From positions 434,001-498,000 of the forward strand of contig OZ251250.1 in NCBI GenBank assembly GCA_965240325.2: 64,000 bases of DNA, given 5' to 3'. Each line of letters opens with the position of its first letter. Position 1 is the stretch's first letter. The position numbers and the translations under genes were made by a program. The notes beneath the pieces were generated by a model. That model was given only the letters and a program-made list of their open reading frames with translations, was not told the DNA's origin and did no database searches. Source of the DNA: Rebecca billardiae RCC1528 (lineage: Eukaryota; Protista; Haptophyta). Positions 23,028 through 33,034 of this stretch are shown in pieces.

Positions 23028-24890
23028 ATGGCGCGTGCGATTGGCGACGCCGTGGCGCTCCTCCTCGGCTGCGCGCACACGGACGACGCGCTGTGCGGCG
23101 CGCTCGCGCTCGCGGGCGGCGCGCTCACGCTCCTCCTCGCCGCCACGCCCGCGCTCGCCCTCGTCGGCCGCGCCGACCCGCTTGGCGCGCTCCCCGTCGG
23201 CGCGGCCGCGGCGTTGCTCATGGCCGGCGCGATGAGCGCGGCGCTGCGCGCGCGCGCGCGCACGAGCGCGCTCTCGCCGGCCGAGCGCGGCGCCCTGCAC
23301 CTGTCCGAGGCCGCCGTATTCGTGCCCGAGGCGCTCGCGCGCCGCGCGGACGCGCGCACCGTCTGGCGCGGCGCCGGCGCCGACGGCAGCGGCCGCTGCG
23401 GCCCGGAGCTGCGCGTGTGTGCGGCGCTGCCGACCGGCCGGCAGGTTCGCGAGCTGGTGCGCGGCGCGCTGCGGGGCGAGTGCGCGCCGCCGTGCGTGGC
23501 GAGCGCGCACGCGTGGTGGCGCGGGTACGACGAGCTGTGCGCCCAGCTCGGCGTGACGGCCACAGCCCTACCGCCACTTCACGGCGCGCGCGGCGCAGCG
23601 CCGGGGGCGGCCGCGTCGGCGGCCGCCGCGCGGCGCGGCGCCGGCGGCTACGCGGCGGTGCGCGAGGGCGTGGGCGCGCTGCGTGACAGCCTGCTCGTTC
23701 GCGGCGAGTGCGTGCTGCTGCACGCCGGCCCGGCGGGTGCCCACGCCGCCGCCGCGCTCGCCGCTGCCTTTGTGTGCGCGTGCGCGCCCCAGGCGGCCGC
23801 CGCGCCGGCCGGCGGCGGCGCGCCCGCTCGCGGCGGCGGCGACGGCGGCACGGCACGCGGCGACCCGCGGCGTGCCGCGGCGCACGTGGCGTCGGCGCTC
23901 GGCATGGACGGGTCGTCCGCAGACGCGCTCGCGTGCCGCAAGCTCTGCGAGCGCGTCGCTGCGATGGCGCTCGAAGCGGGCGTGCCGCCCCCGGCGCCGG
24001 CGCCACATTCCGCGGCGGCCGGCACGGGCGCGGCCGCGGCCGCCTGCTCGCACACTGCGCACGCGTGCCAGCCGGCCGGCGCGCGCGGCGGCGGTGGCGG
24101 TGGGCGTGGGGACGCGGTGGCCAGCGCGTCGCGGGGCAGGCACCCGCCCAGCTCGAGCGCCGCCGAGCCATCCGCATCCACCGAGGCGCGACACGGCCGC
24201 GCCGGGGGCGCGCGCGGCGCCGCGGCCGGCGCGGCCGCGACCGCGGCCGCGGCCGCGGCGACGCCAGCCTTCCCACCCCTCCGGCGCGTGCCCTCCGCTC
24301 ACTCGATCTCCGGCGACGCGGCGCGCGAGGGCGGCGGCAGCGCCGCCGCCGGTGCGGGCGCGTCGTGCTCGTACGCCGCGCTCGCCTCGCGCAAGCCGCC
24401 GCCCGAGCCGCGCACGCCGCCGCCGCCGCAGCCGCCGCCCGCCGAGTCGCGCGCCGCGCCGCCGACCGCCCGGTCGGTCGTCGTGCTGCCCGCGGCGGGC
24501 GGCGGCGGCGGCCTCGGCGGCGAGAGCGAGTGGGTGGCGGTCGGCGGCGCCAAGCCCCGCGGCGGCGCGCAGCCCTCGCCTGGCGCAGCGCTGCAGGCGC
24601 GGGGCTGCGCGCAGTCCGGCCACTCCGGCCACTCCGGCCACTCCGGGGCGGAAGAGTCCGGGCTGAGCAAGNNNNNNNNNNNNNNNNNNNNNNNNNNNNN
24701 NNNNNNNNNNNNNNNNNNNNNNNNNNNNNNNNNNNNNNNNNNNNNNNNNNNNNNNNNNNNNNNNNNNNNNNTGAGCAAGAAGCAGCGCGAGAACCGTCGC
24801 AAGGCGGAGAAGGCGCGCGTGGAGCGCGAGCGGCTGCGCGAGGCGGCGCGCGCGGGCGCGAGGCTCGATGGCGGCGGGGGCGACTTCTAG
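23028..24890 (+). CDS. Uncharacterised protein with N-terminal hydrophobic segments, low-complexity middle and basic C-terminus; spans an N gap
   Basis: ATG-initiated ORF with coding-like codon use; CVLLHAGPAG..AAALAAAFV faintly recalls a degenerate phosphatase loop; LSKKQRENRRKAEK tail. Confidence 0.55.
   Translation: MARAIGDAVALLLGCAHTDDALCGALALAGGALTLLLAATPALALVGRADPLGALPVGAAAALLMAGAMSAALRARARTSALSPAERGALHLSEAAVFVPEALARRADARTVWRGAGADGSGRCGPELRVCAALPTGRQVRELVRGALRGECAPPCVASAHAWWRGYDELCAQLGVTATALPPLHGARGAAPGAAASAAAARRGAGGYAAVREGVGALRDSLLVRGECVLLHAGPAGAHAAAALAAAFVCACAPQAAAAPAGGGAPARGGGDGGTARGDPRRAAAHVASALGMDGSSADALACRKLCERVAAMALEAGVPPPAPAPHSAAAGTGAAAAACSHTAHACQPAGARGGGGGGRGDAVASASRGRHPPSSSAAEPSASTEARHGRAGGARGAAAGAAATAAAAAATPAFPPLRRVPSAHSISGDAAREGGGSAAAGAGASCSYAALASRKPPPEPRTPPPPQPPPAESRAAPPTARSVVVLPAAGGGGGLGGESEWVAVGGAKPRGGAQPSPGAALQARGCAQSGHSGHSGHSGAEESGLSKXXXXXXXXXXXXXXXXXXXXXXXXXXXXXXXXXXSKKQRENRRKAEKARVERERLREAARAGARLDGGGGDF
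24672..24771. other. Assembly gap (100 N)
   Basis: Run of N; TGAGCAAG occurs immediately on both sides. Confidence 0.99.
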
Positions 24891-25197
24891 GTGCGCACGC
24901 CGGTCGTATTACTGTACTAGTACTAGTACAGTTCGGTCGGGCCCCACATGGGCCGCAGGCCGTCGAGCGCTCGATCGGGCGGCCCCACCTTACTCCTTAG
25001 GCACATGGCACATGACACTATCACACTATTGATTAGCAGGCCACACACAATGTCATCTCAGCAGTGGTCGTACAGTACTGTTATTCTGCTTAGTAAACTG
25101 TACAGTCGTAGAAAACTGTAGGGCGGCCGCCCGCCCGGCCCCAGGCGCCCCCCTTTTACGCCCAAGACCGTTGCCGCCCCGACGCGCGCGATTGACG

Positions 25198-26136
25198 ATG
25201 GGCGGGAAGGAGTGGGGCCCGATCGAGCGCGACGGCTGGGTGCAGGCGCACGACGCGATCCGCCTCGACTTGGCCGACGCGCTTGAGGTGCTCGACCGCC
25301 TGCTCGGCGCGCCCCAGCTCGAGGGCTGGGAGCTTGATTCGCTGCGCATCTTCTGGCGTCGCGCTCACGAGAATTTGGACACCCACCACCACCTCGAGGT
25401 GTGCGGGGACGGGGCGGGGTTGGGGCGCGTTGGCGGCGGATGGGGGCGGGCGAGGCGTGCTCTCCTCTGCGTGGCCTCGCACCACGCACGTGGACGGGCC
25501 GCGTGCCGTGCGCGCGCGCGCGCGCGCGCGCGCTCATGGCCGCGCCGCGCTCGCTCACGCCCGCCAGCCGCCACGGCCCCTGCTGCGTCGGCGCAGGAGG
25601 AGCTGTTCTTCCCGCTGGTGCGCACGCGGTTCGAGCTGCCCGAGCGTTACACGACGGACCACCGCCGCCTCGACGAGCTCCTGGCGGAGGCCACCGCGGC
25701 GGTGGACAAGGCCGCCGCCCAGTCCGACCTTGCCGAGGTGCGTGGGCGCGTGCGGGCGCTCGCGGAGCACGTGCGGCCGCACCTGCTCGAGGAGGAGCGG
25801 GACTCGCTGCCGCTGGTGCGCGCGCACTTCAGCGCGGACGAGTGGCACCGGAAGACGATGCCCACGCTGCGCAAGCTCCCCTGGCTCGAGGTGCCGCACT
25901 TTCTGCGCCTGCACGGCCGCGACATGGCGAAGAAGCGCGCGGTGGCCGTGGGCGAGCTCGGCATGCCCGGATTCATTTTCGACAAGAAAGTGAAGCAGGA
26001 CATTGAGCGGTATTGGTACGAGTACGGGTGGCACATCGAGGCACTCAAGGAGCCGGCGCGCCGCGCGAAGCTCGAGGAGGAGCGCGCCGCGTACGAGGCG
26101 CAGCGCCGCGGCTGCTGCGGCTGCTTTGGCCGCTGA
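25198..26136 (+). CDS. Hemerythrin/HHE cation-binding domain protein; intron 25399-25596
   Basis: AHDAIR, HHHLE|EELFFP, DHRRL, HLLEEE metal-ligand pattern; Cys-rich tail GCCGCFGR. Confidence 0.88.
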   Translation: MGGKEWGPIERDGWVQAHDAIRLDLADALEVLDRLLGAPQLEGWELDSLRIFWRRAHENLDTHHHLEVCGDGAGLGRVGGGWGRARRALLCVASHHARGRAACRARARARARSWPRRARSRPPAATAPAASAQEELFFPLVRTRFELPERYTTDHRRLDELLAEATAAVDKAAAQSDLAEVRGRVRALAEHVRPHLLEEERDSLPLVRAHFSADEWHRKTMPTLRKLPWLEVPHFLRLHGRDMAKKRAVAVGELGMPGFIFDKKVKQDIERYWYEYGWHIEALKEPARRAKLEEERAAYEAQRRGCCGCFGR

Positions 26137-26661
26137 GGCGGCGCCACTTCCTGCTGTACGCCTTACTCATCCTTAGACTCTTCAGACTCAGCGCCGACCG
26201 CGTCCACTCGCGGTCGTGTGATTGCGCGCACTGTGCGCACGCGTTCCGTCCCCGGTCCCGGGGCATCGGCCGGATGACGGCCGCCGGGGCCGCGCACCCG
26301 GTCACCCGTGCGGCGCCGCGGGCTGATGCGGCGACGGGGCCGTTTCCATGTGATGACCTCGTTGGCACCAGAGGCGGCAATGCGGCATGCATCCTCGGTG
26401 GCAAGAGGGCGAGATACGTATAGCCGCCGTCGTCAAGGTCGTAGACCATCGTCGACCCGCGCGGCCGCGCCGTCGTCGGCCGTCGCCGCCATCCCTCACA
26501 AACGCGGCAGTACGTACAACAGTGTTGAGTTGGCCCCGGCCGGCTGCTGCTCCCACGGCGTGCCCCGAGTTTTGCGCAGTCAATATCTGTGACTGGTAGT
26601 TTCCGAGGCTGCCACCCGCCGGACGGCCGAACGGCGAACGTTGCGCTGTCCGCCCGCGTGC

Positions 26662-28856
26662 ATGACGACGCTCGCGGAGAATGCGAAGAACGCGGCAGGG
26701 ATGGCGCGCGCGGCGGGCACGGTCGCCGCGCGCACAGTGCCCGTCGCCGCTGCGGCGGGCGCCTCCGCCGCCGCGCGCGCCGCGCAGACCGGCGTCGCCA
26801 CCGCCGCGCGCGTCTCTGAGGAGAAGTGGCGGCGTGCGCGCGTCCGCCAGCTGACGCCCGCGCAGGTGGCGGAGGTGCGCGCGCTCTTCGACGCGAGCGA
26901 CACGCTGCAGCGGGGCTCGATCGACCGGATCGAGCTGCGCGCCGCGGTGCACGCGCTCTCCGGCCAGTGGATGTCCGACGACGAGCTGAACGCCGTGTGG
27001 GCGTCCGTGGCCCGGCCGGCCGCTCCGTCCGCGGCGCCGGGCGGCGCGGCGGCCGGGTCGGAGGGCGGGGCGGGCGCCGGGCGTGAGGCGGAGCGTGACG
27101 CGCTGGACTTTGACGCCTTCCTCCTCCTCGTCGGCCCGCAGCTCTTCCCCTCGCCCGCCGCCACGCTCGTGCGCTCCGCCGCGTCGCGCGCTGGCGCGGC
27201 GACCGAGCATGTCGCCGCCACCGTGGAGGAGCGCGCGGAGGCGGCGGGTGTGCGCGCGTCGGAGCGGATGATCGAGGCGTTCGTCGGCGCGGCGAGCCGC
27301 GCGCTCACCAGCGCGGCGCTCGATCCGGACATGCCCGCGCTCGTGCAGCGCGCTGTGGCGCGCACCGTCGATCTGATTCTCGAAGGTGCACGCAATGCGG
27401 CCGCGCGCCTAACCCTAACCTAACCCTAACCACCCTAACCACCCTAGTTCTAGCCCCCCTAAGCTAGACGCGCGGGGCGTGTGTTGGGGTGGCGCCACGG
27501 GGGATGGAAGGGGCGGGCGCGAGCACGCGCGTGTGAGCGCGGCCTCGCGCGCACACGCCTCGCGCCGGCCGCGCGCACGCGTCCGTCCGCCGCTGCCTGC
27601 GGCGGTCGCACGCCGCGACCGCCGCGTCCGGTGCGGCCGGCGCGAGGCGTGTGCGCGCGAGGCCGCGCTCACACGCGTTTGCTCGCGCCCGCCCCTTCCA
27701 TCCCCCGCGGCGCCACCCCACCACACGCCCCGCGCGTCGTTTCCAACCCCTCGCCAACTCTCTCTGCCCCGCGCGCCGCGCCGCGCCGCGCCGCGCGCCT
27801 TCCGCCGCGGGCGCAGACGTCGAGGTCGAAGTGCGCGAGGCGGTGGCGGGGCTGATCCGCCGGCCCCTCCCGCCGCCGCCGCCGCCCGACCGCGCGCGCG
27901 CGCTGCCGTGCGTGCGCTGGGCGCACGCCGCGCGCGCGTGGCTCCTCTACTCACTTTACCCATACGACCAGACGGTGTGGCGGCAGCTGCGGAGCCCGGC
28001 GTTTCTGCTCCTGCGCGCGGTGTCGCTCGTGCCGCGGTGGGGCGTGCACCCCGCCTTCTTCCTCGCGCTCTTCCTCCTGATCGACCGGACCGACGAGTAC
28101 CAGCTCGTCACGTTCATTCTGTCTTTCAAGGGTACCCAGTTCATCTCGATTGGGCTGCTTGGGGCCGTGATCGGCGCTGGGTGGTACTACGGCGCGGGGT
28201 GCGGCGAGCCGTTCCCCATCGAGGCGGCCTCCGCCGCGCTCTTCGGCGCGCAGGTGCTCGTCACCTACGCCGCTTTCCTCCTCCTGCCCTGCTCGGTCGA
28301 GAAGGGCCGACGCCGTTACAAGCCACTGCCGGGCGAGTCGCCGCCGCGCGCCGACGGCGAGTGCTGCGGCCGCGCGCGCTTCGCCGGGCGCGGCGGGTAC
28401 CTCCGGCCGCTGCTGATGTACGACCTGGGCGCGGTCGGGCTCGCGGTGCTGCTCATCGTCACCGCGCTCTTCACGCTCAACGCCGACGAGGACGCGGTCC
28501 GGCTGTCTGCGACTCTCTACTGGGCACGCACGCTGTACGGACTGCTCGCGTTCCCGTTCCCGCCCTTCCTGCTGCCCGGGCTGCGCAGCGTGCTGACGCA
28601 CTCGCTGCCAACCGGGTACAACCGCCACGGTGTGTGCGTGCCGCTCGCCACCCCCGCCGAGCTGCGCGAGCGCCACGAGGCGCGGCGCGCGAGCGCGGAG
28701 CAGCGGCGCGACGCGCGCGAGCTCGGCGTGCGGCGTGCGGCGTCGGCGCGCGCGGCGTCGGCGCGCGGTGCGGCGGGCGCGGGCGGGGCGCACGAGACGG
28801 CACGCGTCGCGCCTGCACGTGACGAGGCCGCCGGTGCCATGACGCCCGAGCCTTGA
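26662..28856 (+). CDS. EF-hand-like N-terminus plus multi-TM domain of unknown function; intron 27386-27816
   Basis: LFDASDTLQRGSIDRIEL and LDFDAFL; splice gives LEDVEVEV; TM region with LYPYD, IDRTDEYQLVTFILSFKGTQF, GGYLRPLLMYD, YGLLAFPF, PTGYNRHG. Confidence 0.75.
27408..27462 (+). repeat. Interstitial telomere-like (CCCTAA)n tract in an intron
   Basis: CCTAACCCTAACCTAACCCTAACCACCCTAACCACCCTAG... Confidence 0.9.
27467..27738. repeat. Long intronic inverted repeat (106-bp arms)
   Basis: 27467-27572 pairs with 27633-27738 with 4 mismatches; inner 11-bp stem 27599-27609/27615-27625. Confidence 0.93.
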
Positions 28857-29123
28857 CGCCCGCCCACTGCGGCAGAGCCAGATGGGCGCCATCCTGCCTG
28901 CCCCCGTTAGTTGCACCGCTTGGTGAGCAGCCGGACTCAGTGGGATTCTGCCCAGGATTGGCGCCGCATCAAAACCGAGCTACCTGCGCGTCTGGCGAGC
29001 GGCGGCGGCGGCGTCGCCCGAGCCTCTGCAACAGCCAAGGCAGAATCTGGGCTGATAGCTCGCGTGCGCGTGTGGAGGCGGCGGCCGTGAGACGCAGCAG
29101 CGCCGGGGAGCGCGCGAGCGAGC

Positions 29124-30566
29124 ATGGGCGGCGCGCGCGCTCGCGGCGCGGCGCAACTAGCGCTCGCCGGCGGCATCCTCTCCGCCCTCCTCCTCTTCCT
29201 TCTCGCGCGGCACCCCGCCCAGCGCCCGGCGCCGCCGCGCGCGGCGAGCGCGCCGGCAGCGGAGGCGGAGGACGAGAACTCGATGAGCCTCTCGGAGTTC
29301 AAGCGCACGGCGGAGGCGCAGGACGGGCTGTCGGACGCGGAGACAGCGCTGTTGGACTGCGGCCACTGGCCCGAGGAGGCCGAGATCCGCGCCGGACTCG
29401 ACCGGCTGGACGTGCGGGATCCGGGCCGCATCGGTTGGAAGTGCGCGCACGCCGGCCAGCGCGAGAACTTCTACGAGCCGGGGACGCGCTCGTGGGCGGC
29501 GGTGACGCCCGCGGAGTGCCGCGCGTGGTGCGAGGCGCAGTTCGACGCGCGCGGCGCGCGCGAGGCCCACGACGACCCCGCCGCGGGCTGCTGCGCATGG
29601 ACGCCCGTCAACAACGCGGGCGGCGCGGGCCGGTGCGTCGTTTCGACAGGGATGGCGTTGCTCTACGAGTCGATCCCGTGCACGCGGCCGTCGCGGGAGA
29701 CGCCGCGCGGGTCGGAGGCGCCGGGGGACTGCCTGATGCCGCTGGCGTACGACGTGTGCCGCCTCGCGCCCGGCTTCGCCGCCGCGCACGCGCGGTGCGT
29801 TGAGGCCAGCCCGACACTCGCCCATGTCCCGGCGGCGGATGTGGGCGCATGCACGCGCGCGTGCGCGGAGCGGCCGAGCTGCCGCGCGGCGATGTTCACG
29901 AACGAGACGTACTTCCCGCCCGAGGGCTCCCGCCGCCGCCGCCGCCGCCGCCGCGGCCGCTCCGACCTCGCCGGCGCAGGCCCCGAGTACGCCGGCGGCC
30001 CCGGCTGCCTGCTGTTCTCGAGCTGCACCGTGCAGCGGCTGGACGAGCCGCCGCTGCCGGGGTGGCGGTTTAGCGTGCGCGTGGCGTCGGCGGAGGAGGG
30101 GTCGGAGGCGGGCGGCGCGCGGCCGGGCGAGCCGGGGGCGGAGGACGACTCGCCCGCCGCGCGCCGCCGACGACGACGGCGGGGCGAGGAGCCTCCGCCC
30201 TCGCCGCCCGGCGGCGGCGGCACGGCGCCCAGCACGTCGCCGCCCGGACCGCAGCCGTTCGAATGCGACGTGTCGCGCGGCCGCACGATCGCGGACGCGA
30301 TGCACATGGGCGGCGACTTTGGCCCGGACAAGTGCACGCAGGTGTGCCTGCCCAAGGGCTTCTGGGGCCCCGCCTCGAAGCGCGGCGTCGTGCGCGGCTA
30401 CTGCGCGGAGAACGGCTGCACGCAATTTGTCCGGGTGGGCAAAAAGTCCGGTGTGCCGTACAACCTGTACCAGTGCGCCTGCCCCAACACCAACGCGTCC
30501 GCGCTGTACTCGTGCCCCACGACGCTCGCGGCCCTCGCGGAGAAGGCGGACCAGGGCGCCGACTAG
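29124..30566 (+). CDS. Type II membrane/secreted Cys-rich protein with PAN/apple-like modules
   Basis: TM LALAGGILSALLLFLLA; 'ECRAWC..CCAW..C' and 'ACTRACAERPSCRAAMF..CLLFSSC' patterns; Cys-rich C-terminal domain. Confidence 0.7.
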   Translation: MGGARARGAAQLALAGGILSALLLFLLARHPAQRPAPPRAASAPAAEAEDENSMSLSEFKRTAEAQDGLSDAETALLDCGHWPEEAEIRAGLDRLDVRDPGRIGWKCAHAGQRENFYEPGTRSWAAVTPAECRAWCEAQFDARGAREAHDDPAAGCCAWTPVNNAGGAGRCVVSTGMALLYESIPCTRPSRETPRGSEAPGDCLMPLAYDVCRLAPGFAAAHARCVEASPTLAHVPAADVGACTRACAERPSCRAAMFTNETYFPPEGSRRRRRRRRGRSDLAGAGPEYAGGPGCLLFSSCTVQRLDEPPLPGWRFSVRVASAEEGSEAGGARPGEPGAEDDSPAARRRRRRRGEEPPPSPPGGGGTAPSTSPPGPQPFECDVSRGRTIADAMHMGGDFGPDKCTQVCLPKGFWGPASKRGVVRGYCAENGCTQFVRVGKKSGVPYNLYQCACPNTNASALYSCPTTLAALAEKADQGAD

Positions 30567-31256
30567 CCTCGAGCCCAGGGCCGAGCGTGCGCGGCTTGAC
30601 TCTGCGTCGGCGCGGGGTGGGGGCCCTGACCCTGTTGGCAGCAATCTGCGTCAAGGCGCCCGGCTTCAGGCTAGTCAGGCGTCGTGTGCTGAGCGACCGT
30701 GCAGTCTGAGTCAGCAGGCGGCTGCGCCCCGAGGCTGCTGGGACACTCTGCCCGGTGCCGAGCAGGCGGCGGCCGTCCGTGTCGGACCGTCGGGCGCCTC
30801 GGGCGGCGAGCGGTCCGGCCGGCTCGAACGCCGTTGAGTCGACGACCGCGGACGGACCGTGCTGTCCGTGGCCGTTCAACGAGCGTGGCATGCGCCTGCG
30901 GTCGCACTAGGACTACCGAAGCTGCATCTAGCAGCATGGCTGCGCTGGCACGGCTCTGTGACTGTAGCCGTTTGTCAGCGGGGTGAGCGCAGGGGACGGG
31001 GTGTTCACCACTTGAGCGCTTCAGCAAGAATTTAGTTACAAATGGAAAAGAAGGACGCGACGAATCCGTGAATCCGGCGGCGCGCTTCGGAGCCCGCGCG
31101 CCACTTTTTGCCATTCGTCGCGTCGCGCCTCGCGTGGAGCGCGTCTCGGTTGCGACCACAAAGCCCGAACGCACCCCTCCGGCTCGCCGAGCGTCGGAGG
31201 GCCACGCCCGCGCCCACGGCCCGCGCTGCAAGCACGCCCGACCGCGCATCGGCGGC

Positions 31257-32309
31257 ATGCGCGGCGGCGAGCTCGACGCGGTGGACCTGCAGGACGGCCG
31301 GCTGGGCGTCGGGCAGGTCGACGACCTCGCCCGCACGCTCAGCGCGCAGCACGCGCTCACCCGCCTCGACATCGAATCCAACCCGCAGCTCGGCGATGCG
31401 GGCGTGGCGGCGCTCGCGCGCGCGTTGCCGGCACACGCCGGGCTGCGCACGCTGCAGCTGGGCGAGACGGGGCTGGGGGACGAGGGCGCGCGCGCCGTCG
31501 CGCGCGCGCTCGCCAAGCTCTCCCGCCTCGAGGAGATCCACCTCTCCGAGAATGCGATCGGCGACAGTGGGATGGCGGCGGTGAGCGGCGTGCTCGCGCG
31601 GCAGGCGAGGCTGCGCGTGCTCGCGCTGCACGCGAACCACAAGCTGGGCGACGCGGGCGTGAAGGCGCTCGCGTCCGCGCTCGGCCGGCTGGCCAACCTC
31701 GAGAAGCTCACCCTCTCCGACAACAAGGTCGGCGACGGCGGCGCGGCCGCTGTGGCCAAGGCCCTCAGCCGCGGCCACGCGCACTTGAACGAGCTGACGC
31801 TCGGCGAGGGCGTGGGCGACGCGGGCGCGGAGGCGCTCGGCCCGGCGCTGGGCGCTTGCCCCGCGCTCGAGTGGCTCTCCCTCGGTACGCGGCTCACCGC
31901 CGGCGGCGCGTCCGCGCTCGCGCGCGGCCTGCGCGGCCACCTGCGGCTCCGAGTGCTCATGCTGAACCTGAATACTCACATGGGTGACGAGGGCGCCGAG
32001 GCGCTGTCGGCGCTGCTGCCCACGCTGCCCGCGTTCGAAGGGCTGCACCTGTTCGGCGCGGGGCTGTCGGACCGCGGCGCCGTCGCGCTGTGCACCGCGC
32101 TCCGCACCGCGCAGCCCTCGCCGCCGCTCCGGACTCTGGACCTGCGGGGCAACCCGGCCATCGGCGCGCCCACCGCCAAGGCGGCCGCGCAGCTGCGGGA
32201 GGCGATGGCGGCGCGCGGCGGCGGCGCGCCGACGGTGCGGCTGGACGCCGCGCCGGGCGCGGCGAAGGGCGATGCCGCCTCCGGGGGCGCGTGCTGCACC
32301 GTGCAGTAG
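31257..32309 (+). CDS. RNI-like leucine-rich repeat protein with C-terminal CaaX motif
   Basis: About ten 28-aa repeats (L..L.L..N.lGD.G..ALA..L); ends ACCTVQ-stop. Confidence 0.9.
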   Translation: MRGGELDAVDLQDGRLGVGQVDDLARTLSAQHALTRLDIESNPQLGDAGVAALARALPAHAGLRTLQLGETGLGDEGARAVARALAKLSRLEEIHLSENAIGDSGMAAVSGVLARQARLRVLALHANHKLGDAGVKALASALGRLANLEKLTLSDNKVGDGGAAAVAKALSRGHAHLNELTLGEGVGDAGAEALGPALGACPALEWLSLGTRLTAGGASALARGLRGHLRLRVLMLNLNTHMGDEGAEALSALLPTLPAFEGLHLFGAGLSDRGAVALCTALRTAQPSPPLRTLDLRGNPAIGAPTAKAAAQLREAMAARGGGAPTVRLDAAPGAAKGDAASGGACCTVQ

Positions 32310-33034
32310 CCGCGCTTAAGGCGGTGGCCGCCGCCGTCGCGTGAGCCATTGATTCGTCGCCGGCAGCCGCGCGAATCGCGCGAGTCGTCACTGTGGCGTC
32401 AGTCATCATCATCATCATCATCATTACCGTCATCACGCCGTCAGCACTCCGCAGCGCGTCGCCAATTCGCTCCGTCCGACCGTTCCGAGGGCCCCAGTGG
32501 TGTCGTCCGCCCCGCGGCTCGCCGGCTCGGCCTCGGCTGGGGAGTGCAGACTGCAGAGTGAGTTCATCTCGGAGCCCTACAGTCAGCCTGCCGTAAGTAC
32601 TGGACTACAGTACTACTCTACTGGATGACGCGTACGATCAGCAGCCTGTCTCATCGTCAGCGCGGCGGCGATCGATATTATATTATATTCGATGAGTCGT
32701 CCAAGCGCCCAGCCCTGGCACTTAATCGCATGCCGCCTGATAATGACGATGACTCAATTCATAATGACGATGCTGCTGCATTCAGTGATTGCATTCAGCA
32801 TTGCTGGTCGTCAGACATATAATGGCGCGAAGGGCGTTATTCGGCGAGCTTCCACCGACCCGCTGCCTGTCGGGCCCATCCCAGCCGCGCGGAGGGGTGG
32901 CGCGGCGGACCCGTGCGCGCCGCACGTGCGCACTGCGCGGCTCGGCGGCGCGCGGCCGCGGTGCCGGTGCGCCCCAGCGCATCCGCCGCCGCCGCCGCGC
33001 CGCCGCCGATCGCAGCGCCGCGTGTCGCACGCAG

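Noticed and set aside
25198-32309. Hemerythrin and LRR genes as a split FBXL5-like iron sensor
   Set aside because: No F-box, two unrelated genes lie between them, and both families are common.
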